Shown: piece after piece, positions 23,639-38,430 of the stretch | Layout: each line of letters opens with the position of its first letter | Position numbering within the stretch: the stretch's first letter is position 1 | DNA from: Octopus vulgaris | Taxonomy: Eukaryota | Direction: 5' to 3' | Assembly (NCBI GenBank): GCA_951406725.2 | Contig: OX597815.1 | Coordinates: forward strand, 51,646,001-51,710,000 | Length of the DNA stretch: 64,000 bases | Program-made: the position numbers and the translations under genes | Notes under the pieces: generated by a model | Told to the model about the DNA's origin: nothing | Databases searched by the model: none | What the model saw: only the letters and a program-made list of their open reading frames with translations

Positions 23639-24627
23639 CACACACACATTATATATATACATATGGTGCCCCAGCATGGACGCGGCCTTCGGGCTAAGAT
23701 ATTTTTAAGGATTTAAGGATTTTAGGGATATCATTGATACATATATATTATATATATATATATACATATAGATATATTATATATATGCATATATATATAT
23801 ACATATATACACATATATATATATAAACATACATATATATGTTTCATACATATATATATGTACAAATATACATATATACAAATATATGCATATATTATAT
23901 ATGTACATATATATACGCATATATTATATGTACATATATATATACATACATATATATATATATATTATATAGATATATACACATATATATATATACACTA
24001 TATAGATATATATATACATATATATATACGTACACGCACACACATATATATATACATACATATATATATTATATACATACATATATTATATACATATATA
24101 TTATATATATACATGTATATGTTATATACATACATATATATTATATATATATACATGTATTATATACATAGATATATATTATATATATATATATATATAC
24201 ATACATATATTATATAAATACGCATATATTATATACATACATATATATTATATACATACATATATATTATATATATACATATATATTATATATATACATA
24301 TATATTATATATATACATATATATTATATATATATACATATATATTTTATATATATACATATATATTATATATATATACATATATATTTTATATATATAC
24401 ATATATATTATATATATATATACATATATATATATAATATATATACATACCTATATATATAATATATATACATACATATATATATATACATACATATATA
24501 TAATATATATACATACATATATATATAATATATATACATACATACATATATAATATATATACATACATATATATATAATATATATACATACATATATATA
24601 TAATATATATACATACATATATATCTC

Positions 24628-25044
24628 TCTTTTCTCTTTTTTACTCTTTTACTTGTTTCAGTCATTTGACTGCGGCCATGCTGGAGCACCACCTTTAGTC
24701 GAGCAAATCGACCCCGGGACTTATTCTTTGTAAGCCCAGTACTTATTCTATCGGTCTCTTTTGCCGAACCCTAAGTGACGGGAACGTAAACACACCAGCA
24801 TCGGTTGTCAAGCAATGCTAGGGGGACAACACAGACACACAAACATATACACACACTTATATATATATATATACATATATACGACAGGCTTCTTTCAGTT
24901 TCCGTCTACCAAATCCACTCACAAGGCATTGGTCGGCCCAGGGCTATAGCAGAAGACACTTGCCCAAGATGCCACGCAGTGGGACTGAACCCGGAACCAT
25001 GTGGTTGGTTAGCAAGCTACTTACCACACAGCCACTCCTGCGCC
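24628..25044 (-). mobile_element. Full-length young tRNA-derived SINE family 1
   Basis: Minus strand GGCGCAGGAGTGGCTGTGTGGTAAG...GGTTCAGTCCC...GACTGAAACAAGTAAAAGAG; CpGs retained. Confidence 0.92.
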
Positions 25045-25327
25045 TATATATATATATATATATAAAATATATACATACATAAATATATATATACATATAT
25101 ATAATATATATACATACATACATATATAAAATATATACATACATAAATATATATATACATATATATAATATATATACATACATACATATATATATTATAT
25201 ACATACATATATATTATATATATATATATATATTATATATATGCATATATATATAATATATAAATATACATACATATATATTATATATATATATACATAT
25301 AATATATATACATACATATATATATTG

Positions 25328-25360
<33 letters not shown>

Positions 25361-25689
25361 TATATACATATATATATAATATATATACATACATACATAT
25401 ATAAATTATATACATACATATATATATATACATACATATATATATATATAATACATATATACAATATATATATATATACATACATATATATATATAATAC
25501 ATATATACAATATATATACATACAAATATATATAATACATATATACATACATATATTATATACATACATATATATTATATATATATATATACACATATAT
25601 ATAATATATATATACATACATATATATATATATATATACATACACATATATATATAATATATATACATATATATATAATATATATATAC

Positions 25690-25833
25690 GGAAGGGCATC
25701 CAGCCATAGAAACACTGCCAGATCAGACTGGGCCTGATGCAGCCTTCCGGCTTCACAGACCACAGTTGAACCTTCCAACCCATGCTAGCATGGAAAGCGG
25801 ATGCTAAATGATGATGATGATGATGATGATGAT
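25690..25833 (+). mobile_element. RTE 3' tail in TA array
   Basis: GGAAGGGCATCCAGCC...CATGCTAGCATGG..(GAT)n. Confidence 0.85.
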
Positions 25834-26081
25834 ACATATATAATATATATATACATACACATATATATAATATATATACATATATATATAATATATATAT
25901 ACATACATATATATATATACACATATTATATATATACATACGTACATATATATATAATATATATATACATACATATATATATATACACATATTATATATA
26001 TACATACGTACATATATATATAATATATATACATACGTATATATATATAATATATATACACATACATATATATATACATAC

Positions 26082-26128
<47 letters not shown>

Positions 26129-26749
26129 CATATATATATACATATATATATACATATATATATACATATATACTTATATATATATATATAATATATATAT
26201 ATATATATACATATATACTTACATATATATATATTATATATATATTATATATATACATATATATACATATATATTTATATATATATATATATATATTAAT
26301 ATTATATATATATACATATATATACATAAATGGCGGTGCCCCAGCATGGCCACAGCTCATGAGCTGAAACTAGAATAAATCAATCAATCAATCATATACT
26401 TACATATATATATAATAATATTATATATATACATATATACTTACATATATATATATTAATATTATGTATATACATATATACTTACATATATATATATTAA
26501 TATTATATATATACATATATACTTACATATATATATATTAATATGATATATATATATATATATATTAATATGATATATATACATATATACTTACATATAT
26601 ATATATATTAATATTATATATATACATATATACTTACATATATATATATTAATATGATATATATACATATATACTTACATATATATATATTAATATGATA
26701 TATATACATATATACTTACTATATATACTTATATATATATATACATATA

Positions 26750-26779
<30 letters not shown>

Positions 26780-26780
<1 letters not shown>

Positions 26781-26961
26781 AAGCACCCACTACACTCACG
26801 GAGTGGTTGGCGTTAGGAAGGGCATCCAGCCGTAGAAACACTGCCAGATTTGACTGGGCCTGATGAAGCCTTCTGGCTTCACAGACCCCAGTAGAACCGT
26901 CCAACCCATGCTAGCATGGAAAACGGACGCTAAACGATGATGATGATGATGATGATGATGA

Positions 26962-26965
<4 letters not shown>
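26780..26965 (+). mobile_element. RTE 3' tail in TA array
   Basis: AAAGCACCCACTACACTCACGG...(GAT)n. Confidence 0.88.
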
Positions 26966-27021
<56 letters not shown>

Positions 27022-27028
27022 TATATAC

Positions 27029-27068
<40 letters not shown>

Positions 27069-27074
<6 letters not shown>

Positions 27075-27414
27075 TGAGTGAAAAATTTACACCTTTATGT
27101 TTAGGACAGGTATAATTACGAACACAGTAACATGTATCATAACGTCAAAATGAAGCAGGTCCTCTGTGGATCACATCCCTACTCCTCAAAATAGTCACCG
27201 TTTCTCTCAGTAGCAATCTTCTACCTTCGAATGAGAGCATGTATTCCTGCCCTATAAAATTTTGTTGACTGTTCTTTGAGCCACTCCTTCAGTACAGTTT
27301 TCACTTCCTAGTGACTGGACTATCATCTCTTCGGCCCCATGAAATAGGGTTTGAAAGGCAAACATTATACCAGTGAGTAAAAAGTGAAAACTGTAGTGAA
27401 GAAGTGGCTCAAAG
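27069..27414. mobile_element. mariner transposase C-terminal remnants in both orientations
   Basis: Minus strand EVKTVLKEWLKEQSTKFYRAGIHALIRR*KIATERNGDYFEE; plus strand DYHLFGPMK*GLKGKHY..VKTVVKKWLK. Confidence 0.8.
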
Positions 27415-28068
27415 GTAAATGCAGGAGTTTATAAACAACTTGTAAAAGATCATGTCTTGCCTGTGCTGAGAAATTCAACTAAGCGACCACCCATATTCAT
27501 GCAGGACAATGCCCAATGTCACAAGGCTAAGGTGGTCATGAACTTCCTCAAGGCTGAAAAGGTTATTGTTATGGATTGGCCTGCTCAAAACCCAGATCTC
27601 AATCCTATTGAAAATGTGTGGAATATTCTAGGAGAACATTCGAAAGCCAGAAATCCTAAAACAACTGAGCAATTATGGAATGCCCTTCAGGAAGAATGGA
27701 ATAAGATCACCCAGCAAGAAATTGAAAATTTAATTTCCTCATGCAGTCGAAGATGTCAGAGTGTGATTGAAACTAAAGGGTTTCACACTAAATATTAAAT
27801 AATTCCAGTATTCTCTATCATTTTTGATTATTTTGTTATTTTTTCAACCGTTCTGATCATTTTGGCCGCCATGGGTTTTGCAGTAAATCACTAAATCATC
27901 CATAACTTTTGTATTATCCACTCAAATTACACCAAAATCTCAGACAATAACAATTAATATTGTATTTATTGTCTGTGAAAATTATAGAATATAAAACAAC
28001 TTTGATAAAAACTTATACCTACTTTTCTGATGGAAACAATGCATTTCTGAACATTTTGGCCGCAACTG
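27412..28068 (+). mobile_element. Tc1 (DD34E) transposon 3' half with IR/DR-type right TIR
   Basis: FMQDNAQCH...WPAQNPDLNPIENVW with 34 residues between D and E; stop at 27798; TTCTGA.CATTTTGGCCGC at ~27851 and ~28045; ends CAACTG|TA. Confidence 0.93.
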
Positions 28069-28726
28069 TATATGTACTCACATATATATACTATATCAAA
28101 GGATGTTATAAAATTATATATATACATATATATATACACTACTGTCAGACGAACAGGAAAATGAAACTTGAGTAAGTTTTGTGAAATTTTGCTGAGTAAA
28201 TAAAAGTACGTACGTACGTACGTACATACATACATACATACATACATACATACATACATACATACATACATACATACATACATACATACATACATACATA
28301 CATACATACATACATACATCCATGCATGCATGCATGCATACATACATATCTACTGTGATTAACCAATGTATATGATAAAAGATATATATAAAAGTTTGAA
28401 AGGGGGATTCAATATTTCAAAAAACTTAATTTTTTTCTTTTTAAATTTACAATGCCTGAGTATCATACAGAAACATGCAACACACACAAATAAGAAATAA
28501 ATGTAAACTAGGTGGGGGAAGTCACATTTAGATTTTAAAAAAGAAGTTTTTAAATTTATCAAAATCTCATACCTTTTTGCAACTTTGACCCCACCCCATT
28601 TTATATATAAATATATATATACACACATGTATATAGTTATATATATATACACACATTGATATATATAATATATATAAATATACATATCATACACACGCAC
28701 AGTGACATATATGCATATATGTTATA

Positions 28727-28906
28727 TTCTTTTACTTTTTTCCTATCATTTGACTGTGGCCATCCTGAAGCACCATACTGATGAGTTTTTAGTTAAACAA
28801 ATCAACCCCAAGACTTATTCCTTATGCCTAGTACTTATACTATCAGTGTCTTTTGCTGAACCGCTAAGTTACAGGGATGTAAACACACAAACAGCAGTTC
28901 TCAAAG

Positions 28907-28939
<33 letters not shown>

Positions 28940-29445
28940 CATATACCCATATATATATATTCATATGTATATATATATATCCATATGTATATATATACAT
29001 ATATCTATATATTCATATGTATATATATATATATATCCATATGTATATATATATATATATATCCATATGTATATATATATATATATATCCATATGTATAT
29101 ATATATATATATATATCCATATGTATATATATACATATATCTATCTATATATATATATCTGCTTCCATTTCCTGAGCGCCTATTAATAATAATACTGTAA
29201 TTGTTCCATTGTTGTTGTTGTTGTTTTTTTGTTTCCCGTTTGGATTAAAATTATATATATATATATATACATACACACACAGACACATGACAGGCTTCTT
29301 TCAGTGTCTGTCAACCAAATCCACTCCCAAGGCTTTGGTCTGCTCGAGGCTATAGTAGAAGACACTAAGGTGCCATGGAGTGAGACTGAACCCAGAAACG
29401 TGGTTGGGTGGGAAACAAGCTTCTTACCACACATCCACGTCTGTA
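28727..29445 (-). mobile_element. SINE family 1 expanded by internal microsatellites
   Basis: Tail at 28727-28905, head at ~29288-29445. Confidence 0.75.
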
Positions 29446-29447
29446 CC

Positions 29448-29487
<40 letters not shown>

Positions 29488-32400
29488 TGCATATACACAC
29501 ACACATAAATGCATACATATATATATATATATTTACATATACATACACACATATACGCATAAATATATAAATACACACACATACATACATACACACATGT
29601 ACACATATATATATTATATATCTATATTCATGCACACCCACACACATCCAACCCTCCACCTAGTTTCTATCAAACAATTCTTTCATTCAATAAGCTGTGA
29701 GTAACCTATGTCTATGATAAATGATATTTTTCTGATGCAATATCATGGATCGAACTCAGAACAATGTGATTGAGAATAAAGATTCTCAACCACACAGTAA
29801 TATCAGAGAAAATGTTTGAAATAAAAAAAATAAAAATGAAGAAACAGCAGGATTGTCACGGTTGGAATGCCTCTGATCATAGGTCAGTTTGATTAAGGTT
29901 GACCAGGAGCCCCGAACAACTATTATGATCAGCCACAGGATACCCTCTGATCACATAACTTCAACCAATTTTCTTTATTCATTGTGTATGTGTTGTCAGT
30001 CTGGGCTGCTGGTTAGAGAGACAAACAAATATTTACCATTCTTCTCTCTACATATATTTCTTGTTTTTTGGGTTTTTTTTTTTCTTTAATAAGACACTGA
30101 TATTGAGCAAATAAAGATAGACAATATAAATCCTAATACTGTTTTTGTCAAAGAAATACATTCAAGTGTTGCTTTAAATAATATAAAAAAAATAATAATA
30201 ATACAAATACAAAATAAAAACTTCATACAAATTGGCATAAATCTCATTTTTCGACTCCCATCCCATAACTAGTAGCACTCTGATGAGATTCTTTCACAAA
30301 GCTAAACTACTATTGTCAGTCTTCCACACAGTTATGTACCCCTACTCCCCATCTCACTCACACCATAAGTACTTGATCAAAACGAATGCTAACCAATATA
30401 CTAAATTATGTACAGGTTTTATATATATATATATATATATACAAACGCACACACACACACACACATTCACAAATATACGTTTTCTTTTCACACTCACACA
30501 CACATATACAAACACAGATATATATATATATACATGCATTCAAGCATACAGAAACACACGTACACACACCCCACACACACACACACATGTAAATACAGAG
30601 GCTCTCAATCTTGATACAATACTTATATATAAATATTTATGTATCATATATAAAGTATGTGTATTTATGTAATCTCTTAGTATCTCTCTTTTTCTCTCCC
30701 ACGCATGCACACACACACATACAAGAAAGAAGAAATACATATGTATACTTTCATGTATTACATGCATACACATACATGCATAAACATACATGCACACACA
30801 CACATACACAGATAGATAGCTAGATAGCATAAATATATATTACAAGTGTGTGTTGTATATTGTGTGTGCATGTGTATGCACAGAAGAATAAATGAGTAGA
30901 TAGCAATATAATACACCTAAGTTATACATGTGTGTAATAATAGATAGCGAAATGCACACGCACGTACACAAACACACACATACACACAAACACGTGCAGA
31001 TGTGTTCTATGTATTTAGAGAACATAAACTTTACTGAAGCATACAAGAAGCTGCTTTCATGCAGTGCTGACCTGCGAGACCTGATAATCTACACTCTATC
31101 AGATTTACAACTGAATATTGAAAGTCCCAGAAGAGGATGTGCAAAACCAACTGGCCCCACAAGGGTGAAAATCAGACAGGATCAATGAATATTCAGCAGC
31201 AAGCTAAAGGCAATCAACCTTATTTCTTAACAGTGTTGCTTATGGTGAATCCCTAAAACTGACAATACAAATTACAGTTGATATCAGCAGGAGATATCGC
31301 ATAAAGGCAGTGTATGAAAAGTTACAAACTGTAAAGATAACTACATGACCATGCATACAATTCCTTTGATGTGTTTATCGACACAAAGAAAACTGATTTA
31401 TCTTGCAAAGCCATAAAAGAAAGCTCATTCTTTATATAAATATATGGATACATATCAAATAAATAAAAGATTCCATGTTACATCATTATATAATATATAC
31501 AGAAAAGAGCAATAGCGTTTTTATTTTCAATATACCTACTAGTAATATTGCTTTATGATAAGGAACTGTATCCACTAGCAGCTCTGCTTTATGGCAACCA
31601 AGTAAAAATGTTTGATGAACATTTCACACAACAATAAATCAAGCAGAAGATAAATGACATAACTTGAATATAAGTTGTTGTTTTTGTTGTGGTTGTGGTT
31701 ATTATTGTTGTTGTTGTTGTTATTGCTATTTTAATGCCATCAGTGTTTCCATTCAGAAGATGAAAATCTATGTAATCTATATATATAAAGTGGAAGAGTG
31801 TATAATTTGGTCCGGTTTCAGATATTTGTTAAAGGTAGATCTGTTTCTCAAAATAAAGTTTTTTCTTACAAAAAAGAGAAAAAATCTGTCTAGTTATGAA
31901 CTAAAAAAGTGTAAATACCAGCTCCAGTGACTAACAAAGTGACAGTCATGGATGACAATTTTGTCATTTTTAAGTTCAATCAGGCATTATAATTAAACAT
32001 GTGTGTTTGTGTTTATATGAGTACATATGTATGGTTTATAAATCATAGTTACTACATACACATACATCAGATTCTATACACTTCACTGAAAATTAATACA
32101 GAGAACTTTCATTGTCATGGACCTAGCACAAAGAATCCAATACTGGGGCTGTTAGTTAAGAAAAACAGAATATTAAATCTATAACCATTAAAAAAAAACA
32201 GTCAAAGCTCCTAATTTTCCTTACCTAATTATCCTGTTGGGCAATAGAGCAGTAAAAATAAGTGTTCATTAAGTGTTAAGTGTAGCAGTTTGGCTATGAG
32301 TGCTGAGTTCAATTTGTCAGTCAAACAACAGATGGGGTTGTCAGAGGAATTTGCTAATTTCTTTTCCTTTTTTCATTTATTTAGTCCTTATTTTCCATCT

Positions 32401-32586
32401 ATATCTGGAAAGGGGGTAGAAATTTATTCAAACTTCAAAAACGATAAACAAAAGTTTATAGAGGAGGAATAGAGATACAAAAAAGCCATAAAGCATTATG
32501 ATAAAAATATTTTTTGTGTTGTTAATTCAAATAATACTCAAAAGAAATGAACAAATTCATCTGACAGCCCAACATATAATCTAGAT

Positions 32587-32962
32587 TAGTGATTCTCAAC
32601 CATTTTTTGTCTGCAGACCTCTTTGTTTCCTATTTTACTCAGGTGGACCCTCATACTCCATTTGATGTTTTAAAAATCCTATTATATTTTTATAACGAAA
32701 TATAATGAATCATATAGAAAAAATTGGTAAAATACCTGTACCGTCGAAGTATATATTTTTATTCTTTTACTTGTTTCAGTCATTTGACTGCAGCCATGCC
32801 GAAGTACCACCTTGAAGGGTTTTAGTCAAACAAATCACCCACCAGGACTTATTTTTTAAGCCATGTACTTATTCTATAAGTCTCTTTTGCTGAACCACAA
32901 AGTTACGGGGATATAAACACACCAACACCAGTTGTCAAGCAGTGATGGGGAGACAAACACAG

Positions 32963-32993
<31 letters not shown>

Positions 32994-33223
32994 CATATAC
33001 GACCGGCTTCTTTCAGTTTCCATCTACCAAATCTATGCAAAAAGCTTTGGTTGGCCCGAGGCTATAGTAGAAGACACTTGTCCCAAGGTGTCACATAGTG
33101 GGACTGAACCCAGAACCATGTGGTTGGGAAGCAAGCTCTTTACCACACAGCCACATTAATTTTAAAAATAAAATTTTACATGGATCCCCAGGAGTCATAT
33201 AGACCCCTGGATGAGAACTACTT
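32587..33223. mobile_element. hAT-Charlie-type MITE interrupted by a SINE
   Basis: TAGTGATTCTCAACC...GATGAGAACTACTT; flanks ATCTAGAT/TTCTAGAT (7/8 TSD, TCTAGA target). Confidence 0.65.
32763..33154 (-). mobile_element. SINE family 1, full length
   Basis: Colinear with 24628-25044. Confidence 0.9.
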
Positions 33224-33596
33224 TTCTAGATCAAGGGCATCGAGCAAATGGCATCACAAGTAGAACAGCAGGCAGAATATCCCTCTGGCAGAGAACGATC
33301 TATCAACCTTCCTCTTCAGAGGATTTCATTCTAAGAACCTGTATCAAAAATCTGGACAGTATAACAACTTTGACAGAACTTTATTTAACCATTTAGCATT
33401 CAGGATATTATTCTGTCAAATATACTACTTATTTATTCACATACTTTTGAATTACTCATACATTTGAGATTTCAACGATGTGATGGCTTATTTTTAGAAT
33501 GACGTTGTAAGGTGGGTGTAAGAGGCCAAATCTGGCTGGTTTGAACGTAAAACGTGATACATAGTGATTATAATATTTGTACAGATAATCTTCAGT

Positions 33597-33870
33597 GAAG
33601 GTGCATGGTTCAGTGGTTAGAGCATCAGGCTCACAATCATGAGGTAGTGAGTTCGACCTCCAGACTGGGTTGTGAGTTGTGTTCTTGAGCAAGACACTTT
33701 ATTTCACATTGTTCTAGTTCACTCAACTGTAAAAATGAGTTGCAACATTATTGGTGCCAAGTTGTATTAGCCTTTGTCTTTCTCTTCGATAACACCGGTG
33801 GCATGCAGAGGGGAGGCTGGTATGCATCAGCGACTACTGGTCTTCCATAAACAACCTTGCTTGGACTTGC
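33597..33870 (+). mobile_element. tRNA-derived SINE family 2
   Basis: TGGTTCAGTGGTTAGAGC (A box), GAGTTCGACC (B box), TTGTGTTCTTGAGCAAGACACTTTA; relatives at 39118-39355 and 49845-50070. Confidence 0.8.
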
Positions 33871-33997
33871 CCAGACTAAGTCCTGGGGTCAATTTGCTTC
33901 ACTACAACCCTTCAAGGCAGTGGTCCAGCAAGACCATGGTCAAATGACTGAAACAAGTAAAAGAATATACATACATTTTATATATATATGTATATAT

Positions 33998-34397
33998 GGC
34001 CTCACAGAAGCGAAGTAGATGAGTTCCTTTCCAGTGTTGGGCTTCAGGGACGCAATGACCAAGACCATTGGCATTATGTCGTGCTTGGGAAGAAGATACA
34101 TCAAGCCAAGCAAAATCACAGTTGTGGCAGATACCAGTGTCACACAAACTGGCACTCATGCCTGTGGCATGTAAACAAACCCCAGTGTCATGGAAATGGC
34201 ACCAGTGCTGGTGGCACATAAAAGCACCCATTACACTCTCGGAGTGGTTAGCATTAGGAAGGGCATCCAGCTGTAGAAAACCATGCCAAATCAGACCAGA
34301 GTCTGGTGCAGCCTTCTAACGTGCCAGCCCAGTCAAACCATCCAACCGATGTCAGCATGGACAACGGATGTTAAATGATGATGATGATGGTGGTGAT
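33998..34397 (+). mobile_element. RTE 3' end
   Basis: ATGACCAAGACCATTGG..GTGCTTG, pseudoknot module, common tail and (GAT)n. Confidence 0.8.
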
Positions 34398-34674
34398 AAG
34401 TCTGTATTTTGCATACTCTATACAATAAAATATAGCTACATATTTCATACACACTTTGCATAAAATTAGAAATACATATACACCTGGCCCACATCACTAA
34501 TATAGGCATTGGAACAGTTGTGTGGTTTATATATATATATATATATACATACATACACACATGCATATGTATATAAATATATATATATGTGTGTGTGTGT
34601 GTGCTAAAATGTATGTGAATGAAATATATATATATATATATACACATGTAAATATGCCTATAATAGGCACACAT

Positions 34675-34812
34675 GTGGGGCTGTATGATAAGAAGTTTGC
34701 TTCCCAACCACATGCTTCCAGGTTCAGTCCTAATGCATGACACCTAGCCTTAGGCCAACCAAAGCCTTGTGAGTGGATTTGCTAGACAGAAACTGAAAGA
34801 GAGAGAGAGAGA

Positions 34813-34843
<31 letters not shown>

Positions 34844-35005
34844 TGTGTGTGTGTGTGTGTCTCTTCTTTCTCTTTGTGTCTGTGTTTGTCTCCCACCACA
34901 ATTTATAACCAGTGTTGGCATGTTCACATCCCCCTAACTTAGCAGTTTTGCAAAAGAGACCAATAGATTCATTTGTCTAAAAATTTCTTCGAGATAGTAC
35001 CCCAG
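34675..35005 (+). mobile_element. SINE family 1, degenerate
   Basis: GGCTGTATGATAAG..GGTTCAGTCC..GTGAGTGGATTTG..GAAACAAGTAAA. Confidence 0.75.
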
Positions 35006-36111
35006 GCTGAAACAAGTAAATGATAAAAAAAAAGCTTAATTGTTCTCAAAGACTCAATTAATATATTCTATTTTAAACCTTTCAAGATCAACCTGTCTGA
35101 GACCATCCCTTAGTTATCTGATACAAACTTTTTGTTTTGAAGTGGTTTGAATTAAAACCTTCCATCAACATTTCATATGAATTTATTTTCCAAAACTAAC
35201 TCGGTAGTGTCAAGTTATTTTACAATATTTTTCATTATTTTCAAAATTAGTAGCATCAAAGGCAATGCATTTGAACAGAAATATGGTAACAAATGGGTTA
35301 ATATAAAGTCAGAAAATCCTAAAATAAATAAAAACCAGAATCTAAACAAAATAATTGTCAGCATCAGCAAAAGTCAATAATTAACATTTGCAACTTTAAA
35401 TAATTTTATACATCATATTGGAGACATGAAGTAGAAATGTTTTAAGCAAGAAAAAAATATCTTATATATTCAGAATTTTATATTTTACCCCAAGGAAGAG
35501 CACTACCCAACTCTCACAAACTTTACAAATTTATTCCAATTAATGACTATCTTTAACCCTTTTGATACCATCCTGCCTGAGACTGACCCTGGTTCTTAAG
35601 ATACAAACATTATGTTTTTAAAGTGATTTAAGTTAGAACTACCCAGAAATTTCTAGTTAATTTATGTTCAAAACATCAGCTTAATAATAACAAAGTTATT
35701 TTATTAAATTTGTCATTATTTTTCAATTAAAACAAAAGGAAGTATATTTCAACATTAATATGGTAATAAAAAAGGTTGAATATAAACTGTGGATAAAACT
35801 GAAGTTAATGATGATAGCAACATTATACGTACTACTGCAGAGTAAAAACAGAAATGGTGACTGTGTATGAAAGAGGAAACTATCACCTACTTCAGGTAAC
35901 AAAGTTGAATTTTTGTTGGCGTGCAGCAAATGAAATAATAAACGTCAATGACCAGTACTTTAACAAATGTATATATGGTACAAAAGACCAAAACTAATAA
36001 TATAAGCAATTAATTTTAAATTAGTAACTCAAATCTCAATTTACATGCAATGCATTGTTTTTTATATTCATTTCTTATTTGTTATTGATTTTTATGTTAT
36101 ACAGTTAAGTT

Positions 36112-37407
36112 TTAACCCTTTATCATTTAAACCAGCTGTATCCGGCCAAAATACTGTATCTGTTTAACGTTCATATTGGCTAGATTCAACCTCTCACACA
36201 TACCCTACAATGTCATTCTAAAAATAAACATATACATCATCAAAAATTCAAATCTATAACATAATACATGATTAATTCAGAACAGCGTAAATAAATAAGC
36301 CTTACATTTGCCAGAATAATCTAAATGTTAAAAGGTTAAGCAAGAAGATTATAATTCCATCTGAGAGACTGTTCTCTGAACTTTCTCTAAAAGATAACCT
36401 GCAGACAGTAACTTTGCTATTAACTTTTTCCTTTTCTTTTCTTTTTCTTTTTTTCTTTTAAAAGAACAGGACTTGTAGAGTTGCAGCTATGGTTAGTGAT
36501 ATACAGTATTTTTTAATCAACTCCACTAATTATTTTCTTTAACTCTGACTTATTAATATCTCTTCATTCTATTCCTTTGTATATAGCATTTAATACTTGA
36601 AAAAGGTAGAAGTTAAAATGTCTCAAATCCTAGTTTTTTGTGATTTTTTTTACTTTTAATGCTTGAAGAGGTAAATAATAGTTGTGAGATTTTTAAAGAT
36701 TATTTAACCCTTTAGCATTTAAAACAACCCTATCTGGGCAAAATATTCTACCAGCTTTATGTTCAAAACAGCCACATTCAGCCTCTTACACTTATACTAC
36801 AAAAATAAACAATTATGCCATTGAAATCTTGAAGCTATGAGACAGTGTATGACTAATTCAAAGAAATGAGAATATAAAAACATCTGAATGCTAAAGGGTT
36901 AAGTGACATATCTGTTCTATGATACCTTTACAGTGATATCATTGTAAATTCATGCCATCCAATCATAAATTCATTATCATAATTATTGCAGCAGCTACTA
37001 GAATCATAGGAATCAGATCCAAGGATGTAAGTCAAAATTAAACACTAGAGTAAATTATATTACAGAATTTAACATTATATAATTTAACAGTTCCCAAATA
37101 CCTTAGATGCTGAAATCATATATTTGCCTATAATTGCTGGAGCAATATCCTTTTCCACCAAGACACCCTCCTTTTTACTAATCTTAACCCTTTAGCATTC
37201 AGATTATTCTGTCAGATGTAATGCTTTACTCACATTGTTTTGAATTAATCATGCATTCTCTTGTAGCTTTGAGATTTCAATGATATAGTTGCATATTTTT
37301 AGAATGATATTGTAGGGTAAGTGTGAGAAGCTGGATCTAGTCATTTTAAACATGAAACAGGTTGAATATTTGAGTCAGATATGGCCAGTTTAAATGCTAA
37401 ATGTTAA
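36112..37407. mobile_element. Cluster of three TTAA-flanked piggyBac-type MITEs (36112-36339, 36704-36902, 37184-37407)
   Basis: Each begins TTAA-CCCTTTA(G/T)CATT and ends AATG(C/T)TAAA..G-TTAA; a related family lies at ~35073-35301 and ~35553-35780. Confidence 0.8.
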
Positions 37408-38385
37408 GAAAGTGTGATAGCTTTCTTTTAGCTACATTTTAATATTGTGCTATGCTGAAGTTTGAATAGATATTTTTACACCCTATAGCCCCAATTGATT
37501 CTCAATTTGGTTGATGAGAAACTTTTTAAGCAACAAAAGGATTCAACAACACTGAAAGTTTGAATCTTCCGTGAAATCTTTCTGCAAAGTTAAATTTGTA
37601 TTATATGATTAATAAATAGTTGTGAAGGAAATATACAAAGCAATATCTTCTGTATTATTATATCATTATATTGTTGATATTACAAGAACTGGAAAGGGAA
37701 AACTACTGAAGAGTAAGTACAAATGACAGAGAAATAGGATGGGAAATAAAGTGGAAAAGTTTGATAAAGAAGAGAAAGAGTGAGACACTGAACAGATGAT
37801 AGAGCAAGTAATAGTTGAATAAGAGAAATATGAATTGTTGTGAAAAGAGTAAGTGGAGGTAACTAAAGTGAAGGGGTGATGAGAAGAGTGGCAATAGAAA
37901 GTGAAAAGAACAAAGAGAGAGAAAGAGATAAAAGCTGACAGAGAGAGAGAAATAGAGAACAACAGTTACTGTAGAAATAGAGAAATAAAATAACAGTATA
38001 TGAAGAAAGAGATAAAGAAAGAAAATTACAGAAACAACAGAGGCAGCTAGAGAGAGAAAAGAGAGAGCGCTTAAGGCTTCAGAGAGAAAAATAATATATA
38101 CATATGGTAAAAAATGAATATGGAAGTAGATAGAGAGAGAAACAGAGAAGATAGAGAAAAAATTATAATAAAGGAGTTTAGAAAATAAGAACAAAATCCC
38201 CGAAATATCCCCAAACAGCTTGGCACATTCTCAGATAATGTGAAAAAATAAAGAACAAACAAAAAAAATCAATGAAAGAAGTTTCAAAAGGATATATAAA
38301 ACAGTTTAGGGTCTTTTGATTTGTTTGGGGATTTGCTTGTTTGTTATATGCATTTTGTAATTGTTTCATGAGCAAGTGTAATAAA

Positions 38386-38430
<45 letters not shown>

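Noticed and set aside
24960-25044. tRNA gene
   Set aside because: A/B boxes belong to a multi-copy SINE head; no complete cloverleaf
37666-38194. Hydrophobic S/L/F-rich ORFs resembling membrane proteins (also 44815-45472)
   Set aside because: Antisense of purine-rich low-complexity DNA
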